A stretch of DNA of 64,000 nucleotides from Dehalococcoidia bacterium (GTDB taxonomy: Bacteria > Chloroflexota > Dehalococcoidia > Plut-88900). The notes beneath the pieces were generated by a model. It did not search any database, was not told where the DNA came from, and was given only the letters and a program-made list of their open reading frames with translations. Below, piece after piece: positions 9,018 to 18,603 of the stretch (position 1 is the first letter of the stretch; each line of letters begins with the position of its first letter). Made by a program: the position numbers and the translations under genes. The stretch is taken from the NCBI GenBank assembly GCA_965197645.1, contig OZ240219.1:2368001-2432000 (forward strand), in the 5' to 3' direction.

Positions 9018-10565
9018 TTGAACCAGCAGCGTTTTGACGTAATCATAGCAGGCGGAGGTTCGGCGGGTTGTGCCGCCGCCGCCGTTCTCAGCCGGGAATA
9101 CAACCTCTCGGTGTGTCTTCTGGAGGCAGGGCCTGACTACGGACCCTTCTCAGCCGGCAGATGGCCCTCGGAGCTCCTCGACGCTCGATACCGTCCATCG
9201 ACCCATGATTGGGGACTTCGTGTCCAACGGGAAGGCGCCGACGACTTTACGGATCCCCGGGCCAGAGTCATCGGTGGCTGCTCCGCCCACAACGAGTGCG
9301 CCGCCATCTGGGGACTGCCCCAGGACTACGACGACTGGGCCAAACAGGGCAATCTCGGCTGGTCCTACAAAGAGCTCCAGCCCCTGATACAACGCATAGA
9401 GGGGCTCCGCTCGGCAGACTCGTTGCCTTTCCGAGGACGCAACGGCCCACTGTGGACCCAGACCTACCCTTACGACCAGCTTAGCCTGGTCCAGAGGTCC
9501 TTCATCGACGTCTCGGTGACCGCCGGCTTCCCCCACGTTGAGGACATCAGCGACCCGGAACCGGCGGAGGGCGTTAGCGTGTATCACGCCAACGTCAAAG
9601 ACTCGGTACGTTGGAACGCCGCCTTCGCCTTCCTGGACCCGGTCCGAGATCTGCCCAACCTCACCATACTTCCCGAGACCCTCGTCGATAAACTGATCGT
9701 CGAGGGCAGTAAAGCAGTGGCGTTGGCCTGCACCTCTCAAGGGGAAGAGATGGAGCTACGGGCCGATGTCTTCCTCGTTTGTGCCGGGGCCTACGGCTCC
9801 CCTGCGATCCTACTGCGGTCCGGAATAGGCCCGCCTTCCCATCTCCAACAGGTGGGTGTACCGGTCAAAGTAGACCTGGAGGGTGTCGGACGCAACCTAC
9901 ACGATCATCATGCCATCTATGTCCAATTCCACGCTTCCCCCGAAGCATCAAGTAAGCTATCCGAGAAACTGGCGCAAAGCGATTCTTACACCGGTGAGAT
10001 CATACTCAAAGCTGATTCCGGCCTCTCCACCGGCCCCTTCGATCTTCACATCCTGCCTGTTCACAGCGGTGTACACCCTGACAACGACATCATCGATTTT
10101 TACGTATACAACATGATGCCCAGGTCCCGGGGAGAGGTGACTCTGGCCAGCCGGGAGCCGGATCAAGCGCCTCGCATAGCCTCTAGGTACTTGACCGATT
10201 CGGGAGACGTCGACCTGGCTGTACTCGTCGAAGGATACAAACTGCTATACCGGCTCGTAGGAGAAGAGCCGTTGGCTTCAGCTTTGGCCGGCGAAGTGGA
10301 GCCCTGGGACGCAGCCCGTGAGGCCGACGAGCTGGCCCCTTTGATACGACAGACGGTGGACAACTACTCTCATGCCGTCGGCACCTGCAAGATGGGGCCG
10401 GATTCGGACCCCGAGGCGGTGGTGTACCCTTCGGGTCGGGTTGTAGGCCTGGACAACCTGTACGTCGCCGACGCCTCCATCATGCCCATGATACCCAGGG
10501 CCAACACCAACCTCACTAGTATGCTCATCGGCATGAAGGTTGCCGACGTACTGGGGCAAAGATGA
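9018..10565 (+). CDS. GMC family oxidoreductase (choline dehydrogenase-like)
   Basis: GGGSAG, ARVIGGCSAHN, VGRNLHDH, HAVGTCKMG, ADASIMP and NTN motifs. Confidence 0.93.
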   Translation: MNQQRFDVIIAGGGSAGCAAAAVLSREYNLSVCLLEAGPDYGPFSAGRWPSELLDARYRPSTHDWGLRVQREGADDFTDPRARVIGGCSAHNECAAIWGLPQDYDDWAKQGNLGWSYKELQPLIQRIEGLRSADSLPFRGRNGPLWTQTYPYDQLSLVQRSFIDVSVTAGFPHVEDISDPEPAEGVSVYHANVKDSVRWNAAFAFLDPVRDLPNLTILPETLVDKLIVEGSKAVALACTSQGEEMELRADVFLVCAGAYGSPAILLRSGIGPPSHLQQVGVPVKVDLEGVGRNLHDHHAIYVQFHASPEASSKLSEKLAQSDSYTGEIILKADSGLSTGPFDLHILPVHSGVHPDNDIIDFYVYNMMPRSRGEVTLASREPDQAPRIASRYLTDSGDVDLAVLVEGYKLLYRLVGEEPLASALAGEVEPWDAAREADELAPLIRQTVDNYSHAVGTCKMGPDSDPEAVVYPSGRVVGLDNLYVADASIMPMIPRANTNLTSMLIGMKVADVLGQR

Positions 10566-11281
10566 CCGATCGGTCGCCTTTCATGAAGTGTCTCGCCATC
10601 ACGGACGTCCACGGCAATATCCGGGCACTGGACGCGGTTCTGCAAGCTGCCGGTGAAGTCGATCTGGTCATATCAGTCGGAGACGAAGTGGGCTTCTGCC
10701 TTCAACCCAACGAGGTAATCGATCGGCTTCGAAGCCTGCCCAATCTTGTTCCTGTAAAAGGCAACTGGGCCAACATCGCCCAGGAGCCATTGCCCGCGGG
10801 GACCGACACCATCTTCGATAAACTCCTACATTCCAGTCTCGGGTCTCTGACCCACGATGCCAAAGAGTACCTCAGGTATCTGCCCGACAGGGGCTACCTG
10901 AGATTGGGCGGCGTTTCCGTGGCCATCGTCCACGAGGTGCTGCTCGATCCGGCCCAGGCCGGTCCGACACCGGGACCGGCTACGACTGTTCAAGAGATAC
11001 CCGATGCCAGCTGCGTTCAGCTGGTAATCCACGGGGACTCCCATCTCCAGGAACAGACTGAGAAGAATGGCATGACCTTCGTCAACCCCGGTTCCGTAGG
11101 CTGGCCCAGCGATGGCGACTGGAGGCCCGGCTACGCCATCATCGAATTCGAGGCCGGCGGTTTCCAGGTACAGTTCGGCCGGGTGGAATACGACGTGGAT
11201 GCGGTCTACCGGGAGATCGAGGCTGCTGGCATTCCCAACCCCAGGAACATTCTGGTGGGCAAGAGCTGGGATATCCCCTGA
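10562..11281 (+). CDS. metallophosphoesterase (YfcE/calcineurin-like)
   Basis: DVHGN, GDEVG and NPGSVG motifs; ATGA overlap with the GMC gene. Confidence 0.85.
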   Translation: MTDRSPFMKCLAITDVHGNIRALDAVLQAAGEVDLVISVGDEVGFCLQPNEVIDRLRSLPNLVPVKGNWANIAQEPLPAGTDTIFDKLLHSSLGSLTHDAKEYLRYLPDRGYLRLGGVSVAIVHEVLLDPAQAGPTPGPATTVQEIPDASCVQLVIHGDSHLQEQTEKNGMTFVNPGSVGWPSDGDWRPGYAIIEFEAGGFQVQFGRVEYDVDAVYREIEAAGIPNPRNILVGKSWDIP

Positions 11282-11320
11282 CGCCTGTTGGGTCGCCCTG
11301 CTGATGCGGGACAATCCCGG

Positions 11321-11488
11321 CAGCCTGACGAAACATGGGGTGTGCAGGGGGGCAAAGCTAATTTTCTGGGACCGCCTGCTGGGGGCCGGGAGCTTGAAGG
11401 TGTCCCTCAGAAACTATTTCTTGTTCCCGCTTCCTAGCCAGGAAGGGGGCTAGGGGGATGGTCGAAAGGGTTGTTCAACACCCCATTA
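11321..11488 (+). repeat. intergenic repeat family A, copy 1 (MITE-like)
   Basis: GGGGTGTGCA..GCCTGCTGGGGGCCGGGAG..TCCCTCAGAAAC..CTTCCT.GCCAGGAAGGGGGC shared with 32551, 56507 and 63561. Confidence 0.85.
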
Positions 11489-12781
11489 GACGCCCACCTT
11501 GTTCGCCGGCTCGATTCCGAACTGGGCCGCGGCGTTGACACCCAGCATGCGAGCGATGGTCGGCTCGTCGACATCGGCCTTGGACAGCGCTTCGATGGCG
11601 TCCCAGGCGCTGGTGGTATCATCGTTGGGATATCGGGAGCCCCACATCACCTTCTCTTCGTAGCGTTCCGGCAGCTGCTGAATCAACCGCTCCTCGGCAT
11701 CGAACCCCATCATCACCTTCCCCTCGGCCCACATCTCATCCGTGTCCGTTCGCACCGGGTAGTAGTGGGAGAGGGGTATGTTCCGGGCCGAAGACTCCAT
11801 CTTCTCCAGCACCTCCTCCATCCACGATGCCTTGCCGTGGGCCACCACCACTTTCATGTCAGGATACCTCTGCATGATGGTGTATCCGATCAACGAGGAG
11901 CCGACGAACATGTGGTTGTCGAGCCAGTAAGACAGTATCGGCGCGACGGGATGTCCAAGAGGATTTCCGGCTATGGTGGGGAAGTAGCTTTCTCCCGGAC
12001 CGCCTCCGGCGAAGGGGCCTCCGCCTCCTCCGCTGATGAAGTTGTCCCGCTGAAGCCTGCCGTTTATCTTTTCGAAGAACGGGCCGTGGGAGGTCCACTC
12101 CGGGTTCCACAGGCCGGCCGTCGGGTGGACGGCTGCGGTTACATTCAGCCTTTGCAAAGCCTCCCATAGAGGGTCGTAGTAGGGATGGGTGAAGTAGCGG
12201 CCCTCGATGAACATCGGCCGGATGAACACGCCTGGGAAGCACGGAAGCTCCGAGATCCTGTGTAGCTCCTCTAGGGCGAAGTCCATGTTCTGCAACGGCA
12301 GCATAGCCGCGGCGAATAGCCTATCCGGCGCTGTTTGACAGAAATCGGTCATCCAATCGTTGTAAGCGCGGGCCAGGGCGTAGGCCGTATCCGGGTCCTT
12401 TATCAGATGGTAGCCCTCGGCGAACCAGGTCGGATAGAGGAAGGCCTGATCGACTCCCATCTCGTCCATGTCCCTGAGCCTGGCCTCCGGGTCCAAGGCG
12501 CCTTCGGTCATCGGATGGCGAGTATCGGGGTCCAGCCGGCCTATGTCGTCCCACGTCGTTCCCGGCCTCCAGATGGCGTGACGCGGGATGTTGGGGTTGC
12601 CCCTATCCCGAAACATCTCGCCGTTGACCTTGAGGTAGGAGTTGATTGCCCCTTCCTCACGCCACAGCGCGAACTTGCCGAGCGTTCGGTACTCCGGGTC
12701 CAGGAACTTTTCCCATACCTCCCGGGGTTCGACCACGTGGGAGTCGCTGTCGAAGATGGGAAAGCTCTTCTGCATCGCCAC
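11486..12781 (-). CDS. amidohydrolase family protein with degenerate catalytic motifs
   Basis: DSDSHVVEP and VHPT are retained; GSRYPND replaces GSDYPH. Confidence 0.88.
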   Translation of the reverse strand: MAMQKSFPIFDSDSHVVEPREVWEKFLDPEYRTLGKFALWREEGAINSYLKVNGEMFRDRGNPNIPRHAIWRPGTTWDDIGRLDPDTRHPMTEGALDPEARLRDMDEMGVDQAFLYPTWFAEGYHLIKDPDTAYALARAYNDWMTDFCQTAPDRLFAAAMLPLQNMDFALEELHRISELPCFPGVFIRPMFIEGRYFTHPYYDPLWEALQRLNVTAAVHPTAGLWNPEWTSHGPFFEKINGRLQRDNFISGGGGGPFAGGGPGESYFPTIAGNPLGHPVAPILSYWLDNHMFVGSSLIGYTIMQRYPDMKVVVAHGKASWMEEVLEKMESSARNIPLSHYYPVRTDTDEMWAEGKVMMGFDAEERLIQQLPERYEEKVMWGSRYPNDDTTSAWDAIEALSKADVDEPTIARMLGVNAAAQFGIEPANKVGV

Positions 12782-12800
12782 CGTCGTGTTTCCTGACAGC

Positions 12801-14189
12801 CTATCGACGGCTGACCGAAGCCTCTGCCTTGAGAGACTCCTCGATCTCCTCGTCGGTGGGCCACCAGTCGGGCCGCTCGATCTCCGTGACCCGCTCCCGG
12901 ATGAAGGTCTTGGGGGCTTCGATGTTGTACAGACGGCGGGCGTTATCTCCCAGGAACAAGGCCTGATCGTTTACGGGCAACTCGCTCTTTTGCATCGTCT
13001 CGATAGCTCTCCAGACGTCGTCTCCATCGTGATGGTAGACGTCCGAGGCCCAGGCCAATATGTCCCGGTAGAACTCGGGATAGCGGGAAGGCGGCGCCTC
13101 GTCCCCTTCGAAGCCGGTGACGCAGTGCTCGAAGAAGGTCTCGCTGGGCAGCCGTTTCAGGGGAGCGGCCGCTCGATCGTTGCGGTTGAGCCTGTACGAT
13201 TTGTCACACTCGTCCAACAGGAAGCTCAGCCAGGTGGACGAGGCCTCGAACACGGCGGCCTTTATTCCGGGGTGCTGCTCGAAGAAGCCGGACATGAGCA
13301 CCATCGTAACCCACAAGCTGGCTTCGGCCTGGAAGTTCTCCACGTTGCTGGAGAAGGCGTGAGGCAGACCTGAGGAGCTCATCGTCCTTTCGATCAGCTC
13401 GGCCCCGGAGTACTGCTCCGAGTAGCCGGCCGGTTTGGGGGCGCCCGTAGCGGGGAAGGGATGCATGCCGTAGACCATGCCCGTATCTTCCAGGGCGTTC
13501 CAGACCGGTTCATACTTCGGCTGTATGGGGTAGTTGCCGAAGGCGTCCATGGGACGTACCAGGGCTACCCGGCAGCCTCTCTCCGCCACCCGGTACACCT
13601 CTTCAACGGCGTACTGGGGGCTTTGCATGGGAATCAGGGCGGCAAAGAAGATGCGCTCCGGGTCCTCCTGGCAGTACTCGTAGGCCCAATCGTTGTAGGC
13701 CTTGCACATAGCCTTGGCGCCGAGGGCGTTCTCCAGCCAGGGGTAGGTGTCTATGCTGGTCGGAATGATCATCACCTGGTCTATGCCCTGGGTATCCATG
13801 TCCTTCAACCGTGGCCCGGGCTCCTCGGCGCCCGGGTGGGATAGGTACTCCGATTGCTCCTGGGTGAGGGCCGTCTCGGCGTTGAGGTTCCGCACCTGGA
13901 GCGCCCGCTGGACATCGTGCTTCATGCCGGGGCCGGCAAGCCTGACTATGTCTATCTTGCCCGGACCGACCGCAGGAACGACGGTGAAGTCGTGGGCGTT
14001 GGCTTTTCCGTTCACGAGCAGCTCCTCGGTGACCGGGTCGAACCACATGGTGGTCTTGAGGGCTTCCAGCTCGTCCTGGGTAAGGTGCTCTTCCGCCCGT
14101 TCCCACAGCTTGGCCGGCTCGACGACGTGGGCGTCGCAGTCGAAGGTGGGGAAGTCTTTGACCATGGGCTTGAATCTCTGGACTGGCAT
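12801..14189 (-). CDS. amidohydrolase family protein (Amidohydro_2)
   Basis: DCDAHVVEP, GMHPF, FEAS and WASDVYHHD motifs; GGAGG-like RBS. Confidence 0.9.
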   Translation of the reverse strand: MPVQRFKPMVKDFPTFDCDAHVVEPAKLWERAEEHLTQDELEALKTTMWFDPVTEELLVNGKANAHDFTVVPAVGPGKIDIVRLAGPGMKHDVQRALQVRNLNAETALTQEQSEYLSHPGAEEPGPRLKDMDTQGIDQVMIIPTSIDTYPWLENALGAKAMCKAYNDWAYEYCQEDPERIFFAALIPMQSPQYAVEEVYRVAERGCRVALVRPMDAFGNYPIQPKYEPVWNALEDTGMVYGMHPFPATGAPKPAGYSEQYSGAELIERTMSSSGLPHAFSSNVENFQAEASLWVTMVLMSGFFEQHPGIKAAVFEASSTWLSFLLDECDKSYRLNRNDRAAAPLKRLPSETFFEHCVTGFEGDEAPPSRYPEFYRDILAWASDVYHHDGDDVWRAIETMQKSELPVNDQALFLGDNARRLYNIEAPKTFIRERVTEIERPDWWPTDEEIEESLKAEASVSRR

Positions 14190-14240
14190 TCTTCGCCTCC
14201 TCTAACCTTCCTATGGTAAATCCCTTGTACTGCAAACATA

Positions 14241-14269
14241 AAGTTAGCAGTTTTGGACAGAACGGTCAA
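14241..14269 (-). promoter_or_regulatory. sigma70-type promoter of the amidohydrolase pair
   Basis: TTGACC-17 bp-TAACTT with TG upstream of the -10. Confidence 0.45.
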
Positions 14270-14337
14270 CAAACAGCCTCACGGATGCTCCAACGTTTCA
14301 ATAATGGTAGGCTGAGGGACTCCGATCAGTCTATAGT

Positions 14338-15618
14338 GTGGCTCCGGACCGAATGCACACATCCGCAAACCTATCCAAAGACCTGACCCGCACCTCGGTT
14401 CGAGGCTGGGCCGTCAATCTCATGGCCGGCATCCAGCAGAGCACATTCTACCTCACATCTTTTTCATTCGGTCTGTTCCTGCCCTTCATCTCCGACGATA
14501 TAGGCCTGTCACACTCGGAAGCCGGTGTTCTCCAGGGCGTATGGTGGATCACGTCGGCTCTGTTGACCCTGCCGGCCTCCACCTGGTTCTCGCGGTTCCG
14601 ACCCATACCGCTGATCCTCATGTCGCTGCTGCTTATGCTGCCCTTCTTCTTCATGCAAGGAGTGGCCCAGGGGTTCCTCACCCTCTTCCTGGCCCGGTTC
14701 TTCCTTGTCATTTTCCACACCCTCACCGCCCCTACGGCCCCCCTTCTGCTCCAGCAGTGGGTGGCCCCTCAGCACTACGCCACGTACAACGCCGTTTATC
14801 TGTCTCTACACAGCGTGCTGCTGGCGGTGGTGATCAGCACAGCCGCCCTGATAATAGAGGCGGTGGATAGCTGGCGGACGGCCTATTTGATACTGGGCGG
14901 CTTCCTCGCTGCGCAGACCGTGGCGTGGGTGTTAACCGCTCGAGAGAGCTATGCGCCGGTTAAAGAGCTGGGGACGGCGCTCTCCACCCAGCAAGAGACT
15001 CCTCTGAGGGCGTTGATAACCTTTCCGCAAGCCTGGGTCATCGGTGTGGTGATGTTCGGCATGTCGGCCACCTGGACGGCTCTGGTCACCTTCTTGCCGA
15101 CCCTTTGGCTGGAGGAAAGGGGGCTGGAGCTGAATCTGGGAGGTCCGCTGCTCGGTTTCCTGTACTACGCCCTGATACCCAGCGCCCTGGCGGGAGGCTG
15201 GGTCGGGCGCAAACTTCAGAACAGAAAGATGCTGCTGTTCATTCCCGCGTTCCTCAACCTGGCACTGGGCCTACTGATTACCATCACACCTTATCCAGCA
15301 CTCCTGATTGTGCTGATTTCGAGCCTGGGGATCATATGGACCGCCACGCCGGCCATCATAGTGCTCCCCTTCGAGTTCCCCGGCATCACACCCAGGGAGG
15401 TGGCCGTGGTTACGGCTACGGCCAATACGCTGGCGGGCCTGGGTTATGCCGCCGGGCCCTTTGTCACCGGGCTCGTCTCCGACGCCACCGGATCCCTGGA
15501 GCTGGGCTTGATCGTCCTGTGCCTGATTACGGGTGTAGGGGCCGTGGCCGCCCTGTTCTATCCCCGCCGCCGGGACCCATCGATCACGGATAGTAGAGCT
15601 GGTCAGCAGCCTTCCTGA
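14338..15618 (+). CDS. MFS transporter
   Basis: about 12 hydrophobic segments in two halves; LPFISDDIGLS..EAG and GPFVTGLVSDATGS motifs. Confidence 0.88.
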   Translation: MAPDRMHTSANLSKDLTRTSVRGWAVNLMAGIQQSTFYLTSFSFGLFLPFISDDIGLSHSEAGVLQGVWWITSALLTLPASTWFSRFRPIPLILMSLLLMLPFFFMQGVAQGFLTLFLARFFLVIFHTLTAPTAPLLLQQWVAPQHYATYNAVYLSLHSVLLAVVISTAALIIEAVDSWRTAYLILGGFLAAQTVAWVLTARESYAPVKELGTALSTQQETPLRALITFPQAWVIGVVMFGMSATWTALVTFLPTLWLEERGLELNLGGPLLGFLYYALIPSALAGGWVGRKLQNRKMLLFIPAFLNLALGLLITITPYPALLIVLISSLGIIWTATPAIIVLPFEFPGITPREVAVVTATANTLAGLGYAAGPFVTGLVSDATGSLELGLIVLCLITGVGAVAALFYPRRRDPSITDSRAGQQPS

Positions 15619-17053
15619 GCTCCTTACGATAGTCGGGATGGGCCACTGCGATGAGCTCCCTGGCCCGCTCCCTTACCGATTTGCCCAGCAGCTGGGCTAT
15701 TCCGTACTCAGTGACGACGGTATCGGCGAACGTGCGAGGTATCGTTACGATGGCCCCCTGGACCAGCTGGGGAACTATGCGGGAGACGGAGCCGCCTGCG
15801 GCGGTCGACTTGAGGAGGGTAATAGCCCGTCCGCCTTTCGATAGCACGCCGCCCATGTGCAGCTCCGTCTGACCTCCCGTACCGTTCCACAGCCTGGTGC
15901 CGATGGTCTCCGAGTTTATCTGGCCGGTGAGGTCTACGGATATCGAGTTGTTGATGGCCACGTAGTTATCGTGTGCGGAGACGGTCCGGATGTTCACAAC
16001 GTAATCGGCATCGTGCAGCTCCACCAGGGGGTTGTTATGGGCCCACTCGATCTCGTCCTGCCCGCACCCTTCGACGCTGGTGCCTATCGCCTTACCTCGG
16101 TGAATCATCTTCCGGGTGCCGTTTATAACTCCCTTCTCCACCAGCTTCAGCACCCCTTTAGCCGCCATCTCCGAGTGCCATCCCAGATCCTTCTTGCCAT
16201 CGAAGGCGCCCAGCTGGGGCAGATATTTGCCCGGGCTCCCGATGCCTATCTGGATGGTGCTTCCATCGGGCACCAACTCTGAGACGTAGTCCGCGAAGGG
16301 CCTGGCATCCTCGGGCGGGTCTTCCCAGCCCATCTCCCGGGCCATCCCTTTGACCTCGTTCAGGTCTCCCTCACACAGAGTCGGGACCAGCTCCTGGCGT
16401 TCGAGTCCCGACATGTAGGGCAGATAACCAAGCAGTGTAATCCTCACATCAGCGTCCTTCACCGCCTCTATCATCAGCCGGGCTTCGTCCACGGAGATTT
16501 CGGGGGGATCGTACAGAACTGAACGATCGACATCTGAGATGTGGAAGTAGTTAGCGCCGTAGGTACGGATGTAGGTGGAGTCGTGCTGCGCAACTACCGT
16601 CTTGGCGGTCTGGGCCCACCTGCGATTGTCCCAGACTCCGGCGCCGAAGCTGCAGTACCCGAGCCGGTCGGGCGGAGATAATCGAGTGATGAACACGTCG
16701 GCCTGGAACTCTGTGCTCCGGTGCTCTACATATGGTTTGAACTGGAGGGAGAGGATCATCGGGTAGTAGTCGATGATCTTCTTGTCATATGCGGGCCGGG
16801 CCCCTTCACCGAGATAGAACTGGGAGACGATGTTGAAGGACTCCTGCCACCCCTGGTGCAGCCATGCATGGTCCTCGAAGGGGCCCTGGGTGAGGACCTT
16901 CACTCCCTTTAGCTCGTGCCTCCGAGCTGCCAGTGCATCGATGAGGAAACCGCTAACGGAAGGATCTACAACGACCGTGTCCCCCGACTTGACGACCTGC
17001 GCCGCCTCGTCGGCGGATACCAGGCTGTTGTTGTAGTGTTCTATCCAGTCCAT
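15584..17053 (-). CDS. acetyl-CoA hydrolase / 4-hydroxybutyrate CoA-transferase family
   Basis: SPPDRLGYCSFG, TIQIGIG, HSEM (catalytic Glu), VDLTGQ and VVTEYGIA motifs. Confidence 0.92.
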   Translation of the reverse strand: MDWIEHYNNSLVSADEAAQVVKSGDTVVVDPSVSGFLIDALAARRHELKGVKVLTQGPFEDHAWLHQGWQESFNIVSQFYLGEGARPAYDKKIIDYYPMILSLQFKPYVEHRSTEFQADVFITRLSPPDRLGYCSFGAGVWDNRRWAQTAKTVVAQHDSTYIRTYGANYFHISDVDRSVLYDPPEISVDEARLMIEAVKDADVRITLLGYLPYMSGLERQELVPTLCEGDLNEVKGMAREMGWEDPPEDARPFADYVSELVPDGSTIQIGIGSPGKYLPQLGAFDGKKDLGWHSEMAAKGVLKLVEKGVINGTRKMIHRGKAIGTSVEGCGQDEIEWAHNNPLVELHDADYVVNIRTVSAHDNYVAINNSISVDLTGQINSETIGTRLWNGTGGQTELHMGGVLSKGGRAITLLKSTAAGGSVSRIVPQLVQGAIVTIPRTFADTVVTEYGIAQLLGKSVRERARELIAVAHPDYRKELRKAADQLYYP

Positions 17054-17128
17054 GAGTATGCCAGTCTCGTGAGCGATCTACATTTCCAGGGACAGACCCA
17101 TGATATCTGCGAGTCCAAGAACGGCAAG

Positions 17129-17168
17129 GGGGCTGGCCTTCCGTGGAAGGCCAGCCCCTCTTCTTTTA
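17129..17168. terminator. strong hairpin downstream of SBP copy 1
   Basis: GGGGCTGGCCTTCC-GT-GGAAGGCCAGCCCC; the T-rich tail is on the + strand, so the direction is uncertain. Confidence 0.6.
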
Positions 17169-17199
17169 GGCTATGTCCTATGTTGCGTAATCGGCTTGT

Positions 17200-18603
17200 C
17201 TACAGGCCCTGCTGCCACTCCAAGTACTGCTCGTAATTGGTGTCGGTGTTCTCACCCCACCACTTGTTGTTGAAGAATATGGCGTACTGGATGTTGGCAG
17301 CCGAGGTGGGCAACTCATCCCTCACTTCGTCAAACTCCGGTGCGTCCAGGAAGGGGAGCGACTTTACGTTGAGCGGCCCGTAGCTGATGTACTTGGAAAG
17401 TTGGGCGTTCCTCTCCGGGAACGAGGTCCAGGCGAGGAAAAGCTGGGCGAGAGTGAACTTGCGTGGGTCCTCCTCCGCCAAGCCTTTGATTATCATGAAG
17501 CTCTCGGCGTGGAGTACGTGACCGCAATGCCAGCAGATGGCGATGGGAGCACCCTCCTTGGCGGCGTCGTAGATTCGGCCGTTCCAGGCGGTGCACATGT
17601 CCAACTCGCCGCTGATGAGAAGCTGTGGGCAGTCGGAACCGGTCTGCCAGAAAAGGGCTACCTGGTCTTTGTGCTGGTTGAACAGCTCATAGGCGCGCTC
17701 CAGCTGGTCGTCGTTCAGGGTGCCCAGGCTGGCCCTGCCCTCCGAGGTGTCGAGAAGCGACGGGTTCTCGCCCAGCAGGGTAAAGATCAGCTCGGGGTCC
17801 GGATAGTATGCCCAGCCGCGTCGGCCCGGGTACCTTTCGGTGTCGTAGAAGGCCGACATGTCGGGCAGACCGTTGGGGTAGGATTCGGTGTTGTAGGCCA
17901 ACACCTCTGACCATGTGAGGCCGCCGCCGCCGGTCCAAGGAGTCCTGTCCACTTCCAGCATGTCCCGGTTGTCGATGATGCTGAAGTCCAGCATCTCGAG
18001 CTCGTCGTTGGGGCCGAACTGCCAGGCCCCGGGCCCGCCCCAGGAGATCACGTCCCACTGGATGTTGCCCGTCTCCACCTGGGCCCTGATCTTGGCGGCG
18101 GAGGGTAGCGTCTCTTCAATGATCTCGATGCCGAACTGCTCTTGGAACGGGATGAGGTACGCCTGGCGCTGGGCCGCCTGGTAAGCGCCGCCCCAGGAGA
18201 TGAACACGAAGCTTTCGCCCCGGTGGTTCACCAGCTCAGCCTCTATCTCTGCCTTGGTGGCGGGATTGTCCACCGTCCACTGGTCCATGGGCCTAAGACC
18301 ATCGTCCGGGGTCTCCTCCACCATCACCTCCTCAGGCATTGCCTCTGGGGTCTCCTCCACCATCACCTCCTCGGGCATTGCCTCCGGGGTCTCCTCCACC
18401 ATCACCTCTTCGGGCATTGCCTCCGGGGTCTCCTCCACCATCACCTCCTCAGGCATCGCCTCTGGGGTCTCCTCCACCATCACCTCGGTCGGCTCTGGTG
18501 TAGCTGCCTCACCACAGGCGGCCGCGACAAGCATCAGCACCATCAGTGTGGTAACGATGCCGATTAGCGCCCGCCTTCGGGTTATCGCTTTGTATAGTTT
18601 CAA
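17200..18603 (-). CDS. ABC substrate-binding lipoprotein, PotD/PotF polyamine-like, copy 1
   Basis: RRR N-region and AAAC lipobox; SWGGAYQAAQR, RAQVETGNIQWD and TAWNGR motifs; TTG start with AGGAGG RBS. Confidence 0.9.
   Translation of the reverse strand: MKLYKAITRRRALIGIVTTLMVLMLVAAACGEAATPEPTEVMVEETPEAMPEEVMVEETPEAMPEEVMVEETPEAMPEEVMVEETPEAMPEEVMVEETPDDGLRPMDQWTVDNPATKAEIEAELVNHRGESFVFISWGGAYQAAQRQAYLIPFQEQFGIEIIEETLPSAAKIRAQVETGNIQWDVISWGGPGAWQFGPNDELEMLDFSIIDNRDMLEVDRTPWTGGGGLTWSEVLAYNTESYPNGLPDMSAFYDTERYPGRRGWAYYPDPELIFTLLGENPSLLDTSEGRASLGTLNDDQLERAYELFNQHKDQVALFWQTGSDCPQLLISGELDMCTAWNGRIYDAAKEGAPIAICWHCGHVLHAESFMIIKGLAEEDPRKFTLAQLFLAWTSFPERNAQLSKYISYGPLNVKSLPFLDAPEFDEVRDELPTSAANIQYAIFFNNKWWGENTDTNYEQYLEWQQGL
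18307..18487 (-). repeat. 39-bp coding tandem repeat (EEVMVEETPEAMP, about 4.6 units)
   Basis: visible in both the DNA and the translation. Confidence 0.95.

Noticed and set aside
15584-15618. 35-bp 3' overlap of the MFS and CoA-transferase genes
   Set aside because: short convergent overlaps are common and need no special explanation
17517-17537. CWHCGH in the binding protein as a heme c site
   Set aside because: the pattern is CxxCxH, not CxxCH; a disulfide in an exported protein is more likely
18307-18487. 39-bp periodic repeats as a possible CRISPR array
   Set aside because: no unique spacers, the units are in-frame coding repeats, and no cas genes are present
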